Of a DNA stretch of 64,000 nucleotides, positions 47,344-58,000 are shown piece after piece. Position numbers and translations under genes: made by a program. The first letter of the stretch is position 1, and the number at the start of each line of letters is the position of its first letter. The DNA comes from a bacterium (GTDB lineage: Bacteria > Zhuqueibacterota > Zhuqueibacteria > Zhuqueibacterales > Zhuqueibacteraceae), in assembly GCA_044869275.1 (NCBI GenBank), contig JBIOXB010000217.1, forward strand, positions 10,095-74,094, given 5' to 3'. The notes under the pieces are model-generated. The model was not told where the DNA came from and ran no database searches. It was given only the letters and a program-made list of their open reading frames with translations.

Positions 47344-47610
47344 ATGCCAACGACCTACAAGAATTGCCAAAGCTGCGGCATGCCGCTCAAGAAAGATCCA
47401 GAGGGCGGCGGAACGGAAGCGAATGGAACAAAAAGCATGAAGTATTGCAGCCGTTGTTACCAGGCCGGAGCATTCGTCAATCCCGGCATGACGATGGTCG
47501 AGATGCAAGTCCTGGTAAAGAACAAGCTAAAGGAGATGGGCTTTCCGGGTTTCTTGGCGGGTTTTTTCGTCAAAGGTATTCCGAGATTGGAGCGCTGGAA
47601 AACCGCCTGA
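47344..47610 (+). CDS. putative zinc-ribbon protein
   Basis: CQSCGMP...YCSRCY..G.F...L.RW; GGAG RBS before ATG 47344. Confidence 0.85.
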   Translation: MPTTYKNCQSCGMPLKKDPEGGGTEANGTKSMKYCSRCYQAGAFVNPGMTMVEMQVLVKNKLKEMGFPGFLAGFFVKGIPRLERWKTA

Positions 47611-47631
47611 TGCGTCGTCAAGTTTGTCTCG

Positions 47632-48600
47632 ATGGTTTGCCTCATGCGCTTTCCACTCAGCCCAGGTGATCGTAACGCCATCAACACGGAGCACGCTGTG
47701 AGCCTCGCCGGTCTCATTAAGAACTTTCGCGCCAACCAACTTGCATACTTGTACATCATTCCTTCGTTCTTGCTGTTGGGATTCGTGGTGATTTATCCCT
47801 TCGCCTACAATCTGGTGATCTCATTCTCCAACATGAGCCTGACACATTTCCGCGATTGGAAATTCACCGGCCTGGAACAGTATCTCAAAGTTTTCAGCGA
47901 GCCCGTGTTTTATGTTTTGTTGTTCAAAACCGTGGTGTGGACGGTGGTTAATCTGGTCTTTCACGTGGCCATTGGCGTGTCGCTCGCGCTGTTATTGCAC
48001 CGGCCTTTGCCGGGCCGCGCCCTGTTCCGCACGCTGCTGGTGCTGCCTTGGGCCATGCCGCAATATATCACCGCACTGACCTGGCGCGGCATGTTCAACT
48101 ACGAATACGGCTCGATCAATCTCATTCTGCAACAGCTGTTGAGCCTTCCGCCCGTGCAGTGGCTCTCCGATCCCTTCGGCGCATATGCCGCCGCGACCAT
48201 CACCAACATCTGGCTGGGCTTCCCCTTCATGATGGTCATCGCCCTCGGGGGCCTGCAATCCATTCCCAAAGAACTTTATGAAGCCGCCGAAGTGGACGGC
48301 GCGAGCGCGTGGCGGCAATTTTTGACGATCACGGTGCCGCTGCTGAAACCGGTGATGGTGCCCGCCATCACCCTGGGCGTCATCTGGACCTTTAACAACT
48401 TCAACGTGATCTGGCTGGTGAGCGATGCCGGCAAGCCGGCGGACTCGACGCACATTCTGGTATCTTTCGTTTATCGGCAAGCTTTCAACTATTACCGCTA
48501 TGGCTATGCCGCCGCGCTGTCGCTGGTCATTTTTGCGATTCTGGTGATTTTCAGCATTCGTTTCATCAAACAAACGCAAGCGACGAAGGCGGTATATTGA
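47632..48600 (+). CDS. carbohydrate ABC transporter permease (MalF-like); start may be GTG at about 47698
   Basis: Multiple TM helices; EAA loop LYEAAEVDGAS. Confidence 0.92.
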   Translation: MVCLMRFPLSPGDRNAINTEHAVSLAGLIKNFRANQLAYLYIIPSFLLLGFVVIYPFAYNLVISFSNMSLTHFRDWKFTGLEQYLKVFSEPVFYVLLFKTVVWTVVNLVFHVAIGVSLALLLHRPLPGRALFRTLLVLPWAMPQYITALTWRGMFNYEYGSINLILQQLLSLPPVQWLSDPFGAYAAATITNIWLGFPFMMVIALGGLQSIPKELYEAAEVDGASAWRQFLTITVPLLKPVMVPAITLGVIWTFNNFNVIWLVSDAGKPADSTHILVSFVYRQAFNYYRYGYAAALSLVIFAILVIFSIRFIKQTQATKAVY

Positions 48601-48652
48601 AACGACATGACTTTAGAGGGACGAGGCAAAAAAGGCGGAGGCAAGCCCTGGC

Positions 48653-49579
48653 ATGGCAAAATTAGAGAAAACCACTTCCAAGTGGACGTATGTCATGATC
48701 TACACGATCCTGACCGTATTCACGCTGATCACGATTTATCCGATCATTCAAGTGATCGGCGTGTCGTTACGCCCGGGCGACATGTTGCATACCACTTCGC
48801 TGCGCCTCTTTCCCGAAAACGCCTCCTTCGCTTCGTATCGCAAGTTGATTTACCTGGACGCGCACGTTCGGCACGAAGTGGGCAAGGCGTGGAACGCCGG
48901 CGGAGGGATCGCGGCGTATCGCGTGCTGGGCCGTGAAAAGCCTTTCATTTCATGGATGATCAACAGCACCATCGTTTCAAGCATGGTCACGATTATCGGC
49001 GTGTCCCTGGCCTGCACCGCCGGATATGCGTTTTCACGCTTCCAATTCGCCGGCCGCGACGCCGGCATGATCGCGCTGATCACGACGCAAATGTTTCCGG
49101 CCACGATGTTGCTGCTGCCGCTCTTCTTGATGCTGATCAAATTGCAAATTTTCGATTCGTTTCTCGGACTGACCCTGGCTTACTCCGCGACCGCCCTGCC
49201 CTTCACCATATGGCAAATGAAGGGCTACTATGACACGATTCCCTACAGCCTGGAGGAGGCCGCGCGCATCGATGGCTGCAGCCAGTTCAAAACTTTTTAT
49301 CAAATCGTGCTGCCGCTGGCCGCGCCGGCGCTGGTGATCACCGCCCTGTTCAGCTTCATGTCGGCGTGGAGCGAGTATCTGGTCGCGGCGGTCATCATCA
49401 GCGATCGCAGCTTGTTCACTTTGCCGTTGGGATTGAAATTATTTCAATCCAATTTCGATACGCAATGGGGGCTCTACGCCGCGGGCGCAGTGCTGGTCTG
49501 CATTCCGGTCATGACTTTGTTTCTGATCTTGAGCCGCTGGTTGATTTCCGGTCTGACCCTGGGCAGCGTGAAAGGTTAG
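48653..49579 (+). CDS. carbohydrate ABC transporter permease (MalG-like)
   Basis: GYAFSRF, TQMFP, LEEAARIDG, C-terminal SGLT.GSVKG. Confidence 0.93.
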   Translation: MAKLEKTTSKWTYVMIYTILTVFTLITIYPIIQVIGVSLRPGDMLHTTSLRLFPENASFASYRKLIYLDAHVRHEVGKAWNAGGGIAAYRVLGREKPFISWMINSTIVSSMVTIIGVSLACTAGYAFSRFQFAGRDAGMIALITTQMFPATMLLLPLFLMLIKLQIFDSFLGLTLAYSATALPFTIWQMKGYYDTIPYSLEEAARIDGCSQFKTFYQIVLPLAAPALVITALFSFMSAWSEYLVAAVIISDRSLFTLPLGLKLFQSNFDTQWGLYAAGAVLVCIPVMTLFLILSRWLISGLTLGSVKG

Positions 49580-49585
49580 GGTAAA

Positions 49586-50017
49586 ATGGCCCCCGGCGCA
49601 AAAAACATTCCGAACGGATTATGGGGCGTGGCAGCGATGTTCCTCCTGGTGCTCGCGCTGGCCCTCCTGCTCCTGTCGGATGAACTCGTGCTCTTCCTGA
49701 TCTTCGACAATTTGGGCAGCAGCGTGCAAGTCGATTTCTCGCTGCGACTCACGGCCGCTCTGGTGCTCATGATTTTGAATATGGTCTTGGTGATCTTCGC
49801 CTTCGGCATGCTCAAGAAGAAACCTGAAACCGGCGCCGAGGCGATGATCGGCATGACCGGCGTCGTCACGCGGGTCACGGCTTCGGAAACGTGGGTGAAA
49901 GTGCGCGGCGAATTATGGCGCGCGCAATGCGCACAAATGATCGCCCAAAATGAAGCGGTCCGGGTGATAGGCCTGAACGGGTTGACGCTGCAGGTGGAAA
50001 AGACAGCATCCGTTTAG
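49586..50017 (+). CDS. NfeD-like membrane protein (C-terminal OB fold)
   Basis: Two TM segments, then TGAEAMIG..G...V.VRGELWRA...GLTLQVE. Confidence 0.8.
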   Translation: MAPGAKNIPNGLWGVAAMFLLVLALALLLLSDELVLFLIFDNLGSSVQVDFSLRLTAALVLMILNMVLVIFAFGMLKKKPETGAEAMIGMTGVVTRVTASETWVKVRGELWRAQCAQMIAQNEAVRVIGLNGLTLQVEKTASV

Positions 50018-50084
50018 CCTGCCTGTCGCTCGCCACTGCATGGCGCTTTGGTGCAATGGGCAGGTGATTGGAAGGAGCAGGTGG

Positions 50085-50600
50085 ATGATCGGGCTCGAGT
50101 ATCTCATTTGGATACTCTTCACAGGATTATGCTGTTTTATTGCGGTACGCTTGTATTGGATATATCAGCGGCACCGCTATCATCTTTTTTGGAAGAGGCC
50201 GGGTGCACGGCAATATATTTTTGTGGCAACGCTTTTGCTGTTTAGCGCTCTGGCCGTCGTGCTCATGCGCTGGCCTAACTTTTATCTTCTACCGCTGGCG
50301 GTGGCGATCTACTGGTTATGCACGCTGGCAGCAGTAAAAATCAGCGAGCGCGGCATTTTTGCCGGCGGCATGATGGCACGCTGGCTGGACATCATCCAGG
50401 TGCGGCACCTTTCGGAAAAGAATCAATACTGCGTCATCACCAACAAGAGCTGGCGGCGGTTGCGCTTCGAGGTGCCAGCGGAAATTGAAGCACCATTTCG
50501 CAAAATGCTCGCCTTGCAAAAAATCCCCGTGCTGCAAGAAGAGCAGACTGCGGCCCATCAGCCCTCACCGGCCTCTCACCGCCATCCCCTAACGCCATAA
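50085..50600 (+). CDS. hypothetical membrane protein (three TM segments + small soluble domain)
   Basis: Hydrophobic segments; GGAG/CAGGTG upstream of ATG 50085. Confidence 0.6.
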   Translation: MIGLEYLIWILFTGLCCFIAVRLYWIYQRHRYHLFWKRPGARQYIFVATLLLFSALAVVLMRWPNFYLLPLAVAIYWLCTLAAVKISERGIFAGGMMARWLDIIQVRHLSEKNQYCVITNKSWRRLRFEVPAEIEAPFRKMLALQKIPVLQEEQTAAHQPSPASHRHPLTP

Positions 50601-50955
50601 AGCAAAGAGCCGGCCACAACCCCGTGGCCGATGGAGAAGCGCGCGCCTCCTCCCGATCGCTGGCAAGAGGTTGGAGCGATCATTTGCAATGGCGGCGTTG
50701 CGGCAGGCAGAATTTGTTGTTGACAATCCAGAGGGCGATGTCTATATTTGTCGCATTTGAAAATCAAACGAAGTGCGCCGACGCTGGGCCATGTGCCGCG
50801 CAGGCGTGATCAGCTCATTTTTCCACAGCGCAAACACGTTTCCCCTTCAAGCAAAACTTTCTGTGAAACTTCAAATCGGGGCTGTGACGTTTCTACCCCG
50901 GAAAATGCAGCACCGGTGGTGATCTACCTCGGCAGAGACATGAGCGCGGCAGTAT

Positions 50956-51717
50956 ATGGCTTCATTTGAAAAATGGGTGCCACCGGCGATCAGCACTTAT
51001 CATAAAATCACGCGCTCGCACTTCTTCGGCTTGATGATCATTTCGGTCGTGTTGCTCATCTATGAAAGCAGCAGTGCCATTGCCTATCAAGAGGGCAATA
51101 CGGTGCTCAGAAACGCTGCGGAAGTGATGATCAAGCGCACGTTTTTGTACATCGGTTTGTGGCACCCCTTATCCTACTGGATCGTTTATGCGGCCTTGCT
51201 GTTCTGGGCTTACTGGCAGGCGAAGAAAATTAATGTGCTGGCATTGCAATTTCCCTACTTCCCCTACGCCATTTTCGAAAGCCTGATCTATGCACTGTCG
51301 TTGAGCAGCATCATCCATTTGATTTCGCGCAGCATTGTGATCCGGATATTGGGCACCGAAGGCGCGGAGCTGGCTCTGGGAGAGCGCATGGCGCTGGCGC
51401 TGGGTGCAGGGATTTACGAAGAGTTGCTGTTTCGCTTTGGCATCCTCTCCACGCTGCTGTTCTTTTTTCGGAAGACTTTGCCGGCGCAATCGTTCGTGCA
51501 CCAAGCGCTGGCGGTCATGATCTCCGCCGCGCTGTTTTCGGCTTTTCATTACTGGAGCGGCCGGGAAACGGCGGCGATGGATTCTTTTTTTTATCGTTTT
51601 TATGCCGGCATCCTTCTGGGCATGCTCTATCTGTGGCGCGGCATCGGCGTGGCGGTGTACACGCACGCGTTTTACGATTTGTTGCTGGTTTTCCAGCGCC
51701 CGCCCAGTGTCGGGTGA
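50956..51717 (+). CDS. CPBP (CAAX/Abi) family intramembrane metalloprotease
   Basis: EELLFR, FSAFH and HAFYD motifs. Confidence 0.9.
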   Translation: MASFEKWVPPAISTYHKITRSHFFGLMIISVVLLIYESSSAIAYQEGNTVLRNAAEVMIKRTFLYIGLWHPLSYWIVYAALLFWAYWQAKKINVLALQFPYFPYAIFESLIYALSLSSIIHLISRSIVIRILGTEGAELALGERMALALGAGIYEELLFRFGILSTLLFFFRKTLPAQSFVHQALAVMISAALFSAFHYWSGRETAAMDSFFYRFYAGILLGMLYLWRGIGVAVYTHAFYDLLLVFQRPPSVG

Positions 51718-51823
51718 CCTGGGCTCAGGACCTTTGCATCAGTTTTCATCATGAAAACTACGAGCCGCATTCGAATGTTTCGACATCACGCATCAAACCT
51801 CCAAGTTTTCGCATCGTGGCTGC

Positions 51824-52879
51824 ATGAAAAAACTTTTCCTTGGAATCTTGCTGCTGGCGGGGCTGGGTATTCTAGCCGGAGCTTCTTATCTCTATCCGAT
51901 ATTCTTTGCGCCCGCTGTTCCTGCCTCTCTGCCCAAAACGGATTTTATCATCCCGCGTGGCGTGAGCGTCGCTCAAATCGCCGACAGCCTGCAGCGCCAA
52001 TCCTTCATTGCTGAGCGCGAGCACTTTTTGCTGGCCGCGCGATTGACGCGCTGGGCAAATCAATTGAAAGCCGGCAGATACCAAATCATGCCGCGGGCTT
52101 CGCATTTGGATTTATTGAAGCTGTTTCGCTCGGGCAAGGTCATGGCGCAACGTGTGACTTTGCCCGAAGGCAAGACCGCGGAAGATTTCGCCGCAATCCT
52201 GCAGCGCGAATTGGCCCTCGATCCGGCCGCCTTTCTGAAATTGACGGAAGACTCTTCCTTTGTGCGGCAATTGGGAGTGCCGGCCGGGCGCTTGGAAGGC
52301 TATCTGTATCCGAACACCTATCACTTTTTCTGGGGCGCGACACCGGCGGAAGTGATCACGACGCTGGTACGCGAGCTGCAAAAAAACTTGACCGACTCCG
52401 TGCGCGCTCAAATCGCGGCGCAGGGCATGACGCTGCATCAGGTGCTCACGCTCGCGGCGATCGTCGAAGGTGAAGCCGTCGTCGACAGTGAGCGCGCCGT
52501 GATTGCCGCCGTGTATCTCAATCGCCTGCGCCAGGGCATGTTGTTGCAGGCCGACCCCACGATTCAATACCTCGTCCCCGGGCCGCCGCGCCGTTTGCTG
52601 CTTCGCGATCTGGAAATCGATTCACCGTATAACACCTACCGTTATCCTGGCCTGCCGCCCGGACCGGTGAACAATCCCGGCATCAAATCGATCATGGCAG
52701 TTTTGTATCCCGCCCCCGCGCACTACCTGTATTTCGTCGCGCGCGGGGACGGATCGCATCGCTTCAGCTATACGCTGCAGCAACACATGCAAGCGAAGCG
52801 CGACTTCGACATGGTGCGCACGCAAGTTCGCCGTGAACAAGAAAGCAAATCACCAGACCGCGGGAGGAAAGCCAACTGA
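51824..52879 (+). CDS. mltG: endolytic transglycosylase MltG
   Basis: LEGYLYPNTY, TLAAIVEGE, LQADPT, SPYNTY..PGLPPGP..NPG. Confidence 0.95.
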   Translation: MKKLFLGILLLAGLGILAGASYLYPIFFAPAVPASLPKTDFIIPRGVSVAQIADSLQRQSFIAEREHFLLAARLTRWANQLKAGRYQIMPRASHLDLLKLFRSGKVMAQRVTLPEGKTAEDFAAILQRELALDPAAFLKLTEDSSFVRQLGVPAGRLEGYLYPNTYHFFWGATPAEVITTLVRELQKNLTDSVRAQIAAQGMTLHQVLTLAAIVEGEAVVDSERAVIAAVYLNRLRQGMLLQADPTIQYLVPGPPRRLLLRDLEIDSPYNTYRYPGLPPGPVNNPGIKSIMAVLYPAPAHYLYFVARGDGSHRFSYTLQQHMQAKRDFDMVRTQVRREQESKSPDRGRKAN

Positions 52880-55098
52880 GCCGCAAAAGCCACAACCATC
52901 TCCTGGGAGCCCTGAATGACGCGCAACGCCGCGCCGTCACCTGCGAGCTCGGACCGACCTTGGTGCTCGCCGGCGCCGGTAGCGGCAAAACGCGTGTATT
53001 GGCACATCGCATTGCCTTCTTGATCGAGAAGCACGGCGTCTCACCGGCGAGCACTCTGGCCGTGACCTTCACGAATAAGGCAGCGCAGGAGATGCGCGAG
53101 CGCATCAGCCGATTGCTGGCCACGCCGCTGCCGCCGGCGTATGACTGGGACGGCCCATGGATCGGAACGTTTCATTCGATTTGTGCCCGCATGCTGCGCG
53201 CGGACGCCGAGCGCCTGGGCTTTTCACGCCAATTCACCATTTATGACACCGAGGACCAACTCGCTCTCATCCGCCGCGTCATTGAAGAGGCGAGAATTCC
53301 AACGGACCAAATCTCACCAGCCTATGCGCGCGCCAGCATTTCCCGCGCCAAGAATGCATTCATTTTCCCCGAGGATTTTGCGGCGACCGTTGAGAGCAAC
53401 CGCCAAGCGGCAGTGGCGGCGGTTTACCAAATCTACCAGCAGCGCCTGGCGGAAAACAACGCCATGGATTTCGACGACCTGCTGCTGTTGCCATTGATTC
53501 TCTTCAAGCGCGAGCCCGCGATCCTGGCCAACTACCAGAATCGTTTTCAAAATGTCCTGGTGGATGAATTTCAAGACACGAATCGCGCGCAATACCTCTG
53601 GCTCAAAGCACTCGCAGGCCACCGTCAGAATATTTTTGTCGTGGGCGACGACGATCAATCCATCTACAGTTGGCGCGGCGCAGATTTGCGTAACATTCTC
53701 GAATTTGAAGCGGATTTTCCCGTCTGCAAAATTTTCCGGCTCGAGCAAAACTACCGTTCCACCGGCAATATCCTGGCCGCGGCGCATTCGGTGATCGTGA
53801 ACAACAAGCAGCGCATGGACAAAAAGCTGTGGACCGAACGTGAGAGCGGCGAAAAGGTTATGCTCGTCGAAGCCAATGACGGCTACCACGAGGCTCAGAT
53901 CATCTACGACAAAATTCGCGAAGAATTGAGCGGCCACAACGGCGACGATCGCCATTACGACCGCAGCTTTCGCGATTTTGCCGTGCTGTATCGCACCAAC
54001 GCGCAGTCGCGCTCGCTGGAAGAGGTGCTGCGGCGCAATGGCGTGCCTTACACCATCGTCGGCGGCTTGCGCTTCTATGAACGCAAAGAAGTGAAAGACA
54101 TTCTCGCCTATTTGCGCGTGGTCGCGAATGCGGCGGACAGCGTGAGCCTGCGCCGCATCATCAATTATCCGCTGCGCGGTATCGGTGAGGCCACGCTGGG
54201 CAAGCTCGAAAGTTTTGCGCGCAGCCAAAGCCTTACGTTTTTTGAGGCCTTGGGCCGGGCGGCAGAAGTGTCATCCCTCTCCGCGAGCTTGCGCGAAAAA
54301 ATCGCGGGCTTTCATCGTTTCATCGGCAAATACATGACCCTCAAGAACGAACTCTCCTTGCCGGAATGGTGTACGGCGCTGGTCGATGAAACCGGCGTCA
54401 TTGCCATGCTCAAAAAAGAGAGCGCGCAGGAGCGCATCGACAACATTCGCGAATTGCTGAGCGCGATTCACGATTTTTACGTGCAAAAATCCGGCGCGAC
54501 CATCGAAGCTTTTCTCGAGCTGGTGTCCTTGGTCACGGACTTCGATCAATGGGACGACAAAAACAATGCCGTCACCTTGATGACACTGCACAGCGCCAAG
54601 GGCCTGGAGTTTCCCGTGGTCTTCATCACCGGCCTCGAAGAAGGGCTGTTTCCCTTGCTGCGCCAGGGCGACGAGTTCGACGACCTCGAAGAAGAGCGCC
54701 GGCTATTTTACGTGGGTGCCACGCGCGCGCAACAGAAGCTTTTCCTCTCCTTTGCCCGCGCGCGCGCGCGCTTCGGCGAGGAGCTGAACCAAACCTTGCC
54801 CTCACGTTTTCTCGACGAATTGAGCACGCCCTTCGTCCGCCACGAAGCGGTGCGCAAGCAGCGCTTCTATGAAAACGAGGCCGCGCCCGATCCCGACACC
54901 AGCATGCCCTATTATGAAGACGAGTCGCAAGACAGCGAACCCGTGCGCGCCGGCCGCTGGGTGATGCACGCTTCCTTTGGCCGCGGCCGCATCGTGTCCG
55001 TGGAGGGCAAAGGCGAAAGCTTAAAAGTCACTGTTCATTTTGAAAACCTTGGTCACAAGAAAATCTTAGTGAAATATGGCAATCTCCGGCTTATTTAA
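52876..55098 (+). CDS. pcrA: ATP-dependent DNA helicase PcrA/UvrD (probable CTG start)
   Basis: LNDAQRRAV Q-motif, AGAGSGKT, VDEFQDTN, VGDDDQSIY, LEQNYRS, TLHSAKGLEF, EERRLFYVG; C-terminal Tudor-like domain. Confidence 0.93.
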   Translation: MSRKSHNHLLGALNDAQRRAVTCELGPTLVLAGAGSGKTRVLAHRIAFLIEKHGVSPASTLAVTFTNKAAQEMRERISRLLATPLPPAYDWDGPWIGTFHSICARMLRADAERLGFSRQFTIYDTEDQLALIRRVIEEARIPTDQISPAYARASISRAKNAFIFPEDFAATVESNRQAAVAAVYQIYQQRLAENNAMDFDDLLLLPLILFKREPAILANYQNRFQNVLVDEFQDTNRAQYLWLKALAGHRQNIFVVGDDDQSIYSWRGADLRNILEFEADFPVCKIFRLEQNYRSTGNILAAAHSVIVNNKQRMDKKLWTERESGEKVMLVEANDGYHEAQIIYDKIREELSGHNGDDRHYDRSFRDFAVLYRTNAQSRSLEEVLRRNGVPYTIVGGLRFYERKEVKDILAYLRVVANAADSVSLRRIINYPLRGIGEATLGKLESFARSQSLTFFEALGRAAEVSSLSASLREKIAGFHRFIGKYMTLKNELSLPEWCTALVDETGVIAMLKKESAQERIDNIRELLSAIHDFYVQKSGATIEAFLELVSLVTDFDQWDDKNNAVTLMTLHSAKGLEFPVVFITGLEEGLFPLLRQGDEFDDLEEERRLFYVGATRAQQKLFLSFARARARFGEELNQTLPSRFLDELSTPFVRHEAVRKQRFYENEAAPDPDTSMPYYEDESQDSEPVRAGRWVMHASFGRGRIVSVEGKGESLKVTVHFENLGHKKILVKYGNLRLI

Positions 55099-58000
55099 GC
55101 TCTCAGGCCATTTCTGCGCATGCAGGAATAATCTGGCGATTCTGATGCGCTTTTCATGCGAATGTGCAGGCGCATTCTTTTTGTCATGCTGGAGGAATCT
55201 TCCCGTGCACTGGGCCCAACGCCAGAGAGAACTGCACGTCCAGCACACGGGCAGACTCCAACGGCAAGAACCACAACAGAGTTGGTTGCTTCCACGCTGG
55301 TACTCCCCATATACTTACGCCGTGGTCTTGGGCTTTGTCATCATGGGACTCCTTTTCAGCGCAAGGCCATGCCGCGCACAAACTTCTCCAGCGACGGACG
55401 ATTTTACCTACGCGCAAAAACTGTTTAAGGAAGGCTACTTCGAGCTTTGCCTTGCACAACTTGAAGCCTTCCGCCTGCGCTACCCCGAGGCGCAAGAGAT
55501 CGCGGAGAGCTGGAGCATGACCGGCGATGCCAATCTGGCATTGCGCCGGTACGACGCAGCAGCGAGCGCATTTCGTACCTTCGAGGTGCGCCATCCTTTC
55601 CATCCCAATGTCGCCGCGGCCAGGTTCAAACTTGCGGAAAGCCTGCAGGCCGGCGAGAAACTGGCGGAAGCGGCAGATGCTTTTGAGCGCGTGGTGGCGT
55701 ATCATCCCCGGGGCGAAAACGCGCCGCAGGCGCAGTATCAGGCCGCCGCGCTCTGGCACCAGCTCGGCGAAGCGCAAAAAGCGCGCAGCGACTTGTACAG
55801 TTTGCTGGAAAACTATCCGCAAAGCCCGCAACATTTGCCCACGCAGCTTTTGCTGGTGGAGAGTTTCTTGGCGGGCGGCGAACCCGCACGCGCGTTGCAG
55901 GAAGCCGATCGTTTGTTCCGTTCCTTTCCGCAACCGCAACTCAACGCGCCGGCTTATTTCATTCGCGGCCGCGCGCAGGAACAAGTGGGACAATTGCAAT
56001 TGGCGGAGGAATCGTATCTGGAATTACTCAAGAAATTCCCCAAAAGCGAATGGACAAGTGCAGCGCATGCACGGCTGGGGGAATTGCAGTTTGCACGCGG
56101 CGACCTTGCCGCAGCTACGGCGGCATTGGAAAAAGCGGCCGCTGACACTTCAAATCAAAGCGCGAAAAATCACTTTGCTTTGCGCGCCGCGGAGATGATG
56201 CTCAGTGCCGGAAAAATCGATGCGGCCGCCGCCACGCTGCAGAAAATCGAGCCGGTAAAGACCGACAGCGTGAACAATTTGACCTACTATTTCACCCGCG
56301 GCCAAATCGAAGCACAGCAGGGCAATTTTTCCGAGGCCGCGGAAGCTTATCAACGCGCCACGGCGCTAACCATTCCGACAGAAAGAAAAAGCGACCGCGC
56401 CAAAGCCCAACCCGCGTATTTGCGGCAGCGCAGTTTTTGGCGCGGCGCGCAGGCCCAATTCGATGGCAAAAACAGCGAGGCCGCACTCAAGCTATGCCAG
56501 CAGTACCGCCGCGAATACCCCCAAGGCCAGTTTCGCGACGCGCTCTTGCTGCTCGAAGCCCGCGTCCAACAAGAAGGCAGGGGTGATCTCACTCAAGCAC
56601 AACGCTTGTATGACGAACTGCTCGATACTTTTCCGCGCAGCCCGTACGTCGATGAAGCCCAATTCGAGCTCGCGAAAATCTACGCCGCCGCCGGAGAGTC
56701 AAAAATCGCGCGCTGGCAATGGCAGCGCTTTTTACAGCTTTATCCCGCCAGCGAATGGGCTGAAGCGGCCCGCGCACAGGTGCGCTTGCTGGCAGAATTC
56801 ACGCCCGCGGAAGCACCGGGCAGCATGGCGCAAATCTCCGAAACATTGATGAAAATGCAGGCCGGCACGCCGCGTGAGGAGGTTTTGCTTTCGCTCGCGC
56901 GTTTGCATTTTGCTCGCCATGAATTTGAAATGGCGCTGCATTATAGCCGCCCGCTGGCGAATTCTGAACCCGAATCGGATCTGCAGCACGAAGCGCAGTA
57001 TCTCATGGGCGCCAGCTATTATGCCCTCGGCGAGGCGGAACGCTTGCGCGGCGGTGAGATGCGGGCGTGGCGTGACAGCGCGGGCGTCGTACTGCAATCC
57101 CTTGCCCATTCCAGCCCGAACGCGGAACTTTCCACTGCCGCTGGGATTTTGCTGGCGCGCATGGCTTTCGAGCCTCCGCCAGAGGCCACAGCGATGGCGC
57201 TGGCACGCGCAGACTCGGCCTTGCAACAACATGGTGACCATCCCGATTTGGACGGTCTGCGCTTGTGGAGTGCCATGGCGCGGAAGCTTCTCGCTGCGCC
57301 ACAAGACACGGCCGCGCACCGGCTGGCGCTACAAGGCTTGCAACAGGTCGCCGCGCGTGACAGTTCTGTTCATCGCAATCAAGCCAGGTTGCAACTCGCC
57401 GCTTGGCAATGGCAGCGCGGCGACTCTGCGCAAGCGCAGCGCAGCCTGGCACAGCTCGAAGCGGCGAAAATCATCGATGCCAGCCAGGCCCAGGGCCAGC
57501 TCTTGAAAGCGCGCTGGCTGGCAGCGCAGAAAAAGTACGACGAAGCCCTGACCGGGCTCAAAACCATGCGCGAACGCTACTTCTACAGCGTCTATGCGGA
57601 CTCCGCGCAATCCCTCATGCTGCGCCTGTTCATTCTTTCCGGCCGCACGACAGAGGCCCTGCAAACGCTGGAGGCGGACGCCGAGCTTGCGACGAACCTC
57701 AACGACGGCGTGGATTTGACACGTGCCAACTTGCTGGAAGCTCAAGGCAATTATCCGCAAGCCATCCAGTTCTATTTGCGTTTTTTGGAAACACAGCCTC
57801 AGGCGCCTGAGGCGGCTGCAGCACTTTTGTCCGCCGCGCGGCTGACCTATCGCGCCGGCGCGCTGCAATTGGCGAGCGGCTATTATGAGGAGTGCCTGAG
57901 GCGCTTTCCGAACACGGATTACAGCCACGAAGCGCGTTTTCGCTTGGCGGAAATCCAATTCGATCACAACGACTTCGTCAACGCCCGCCCGCTTTTCCTG

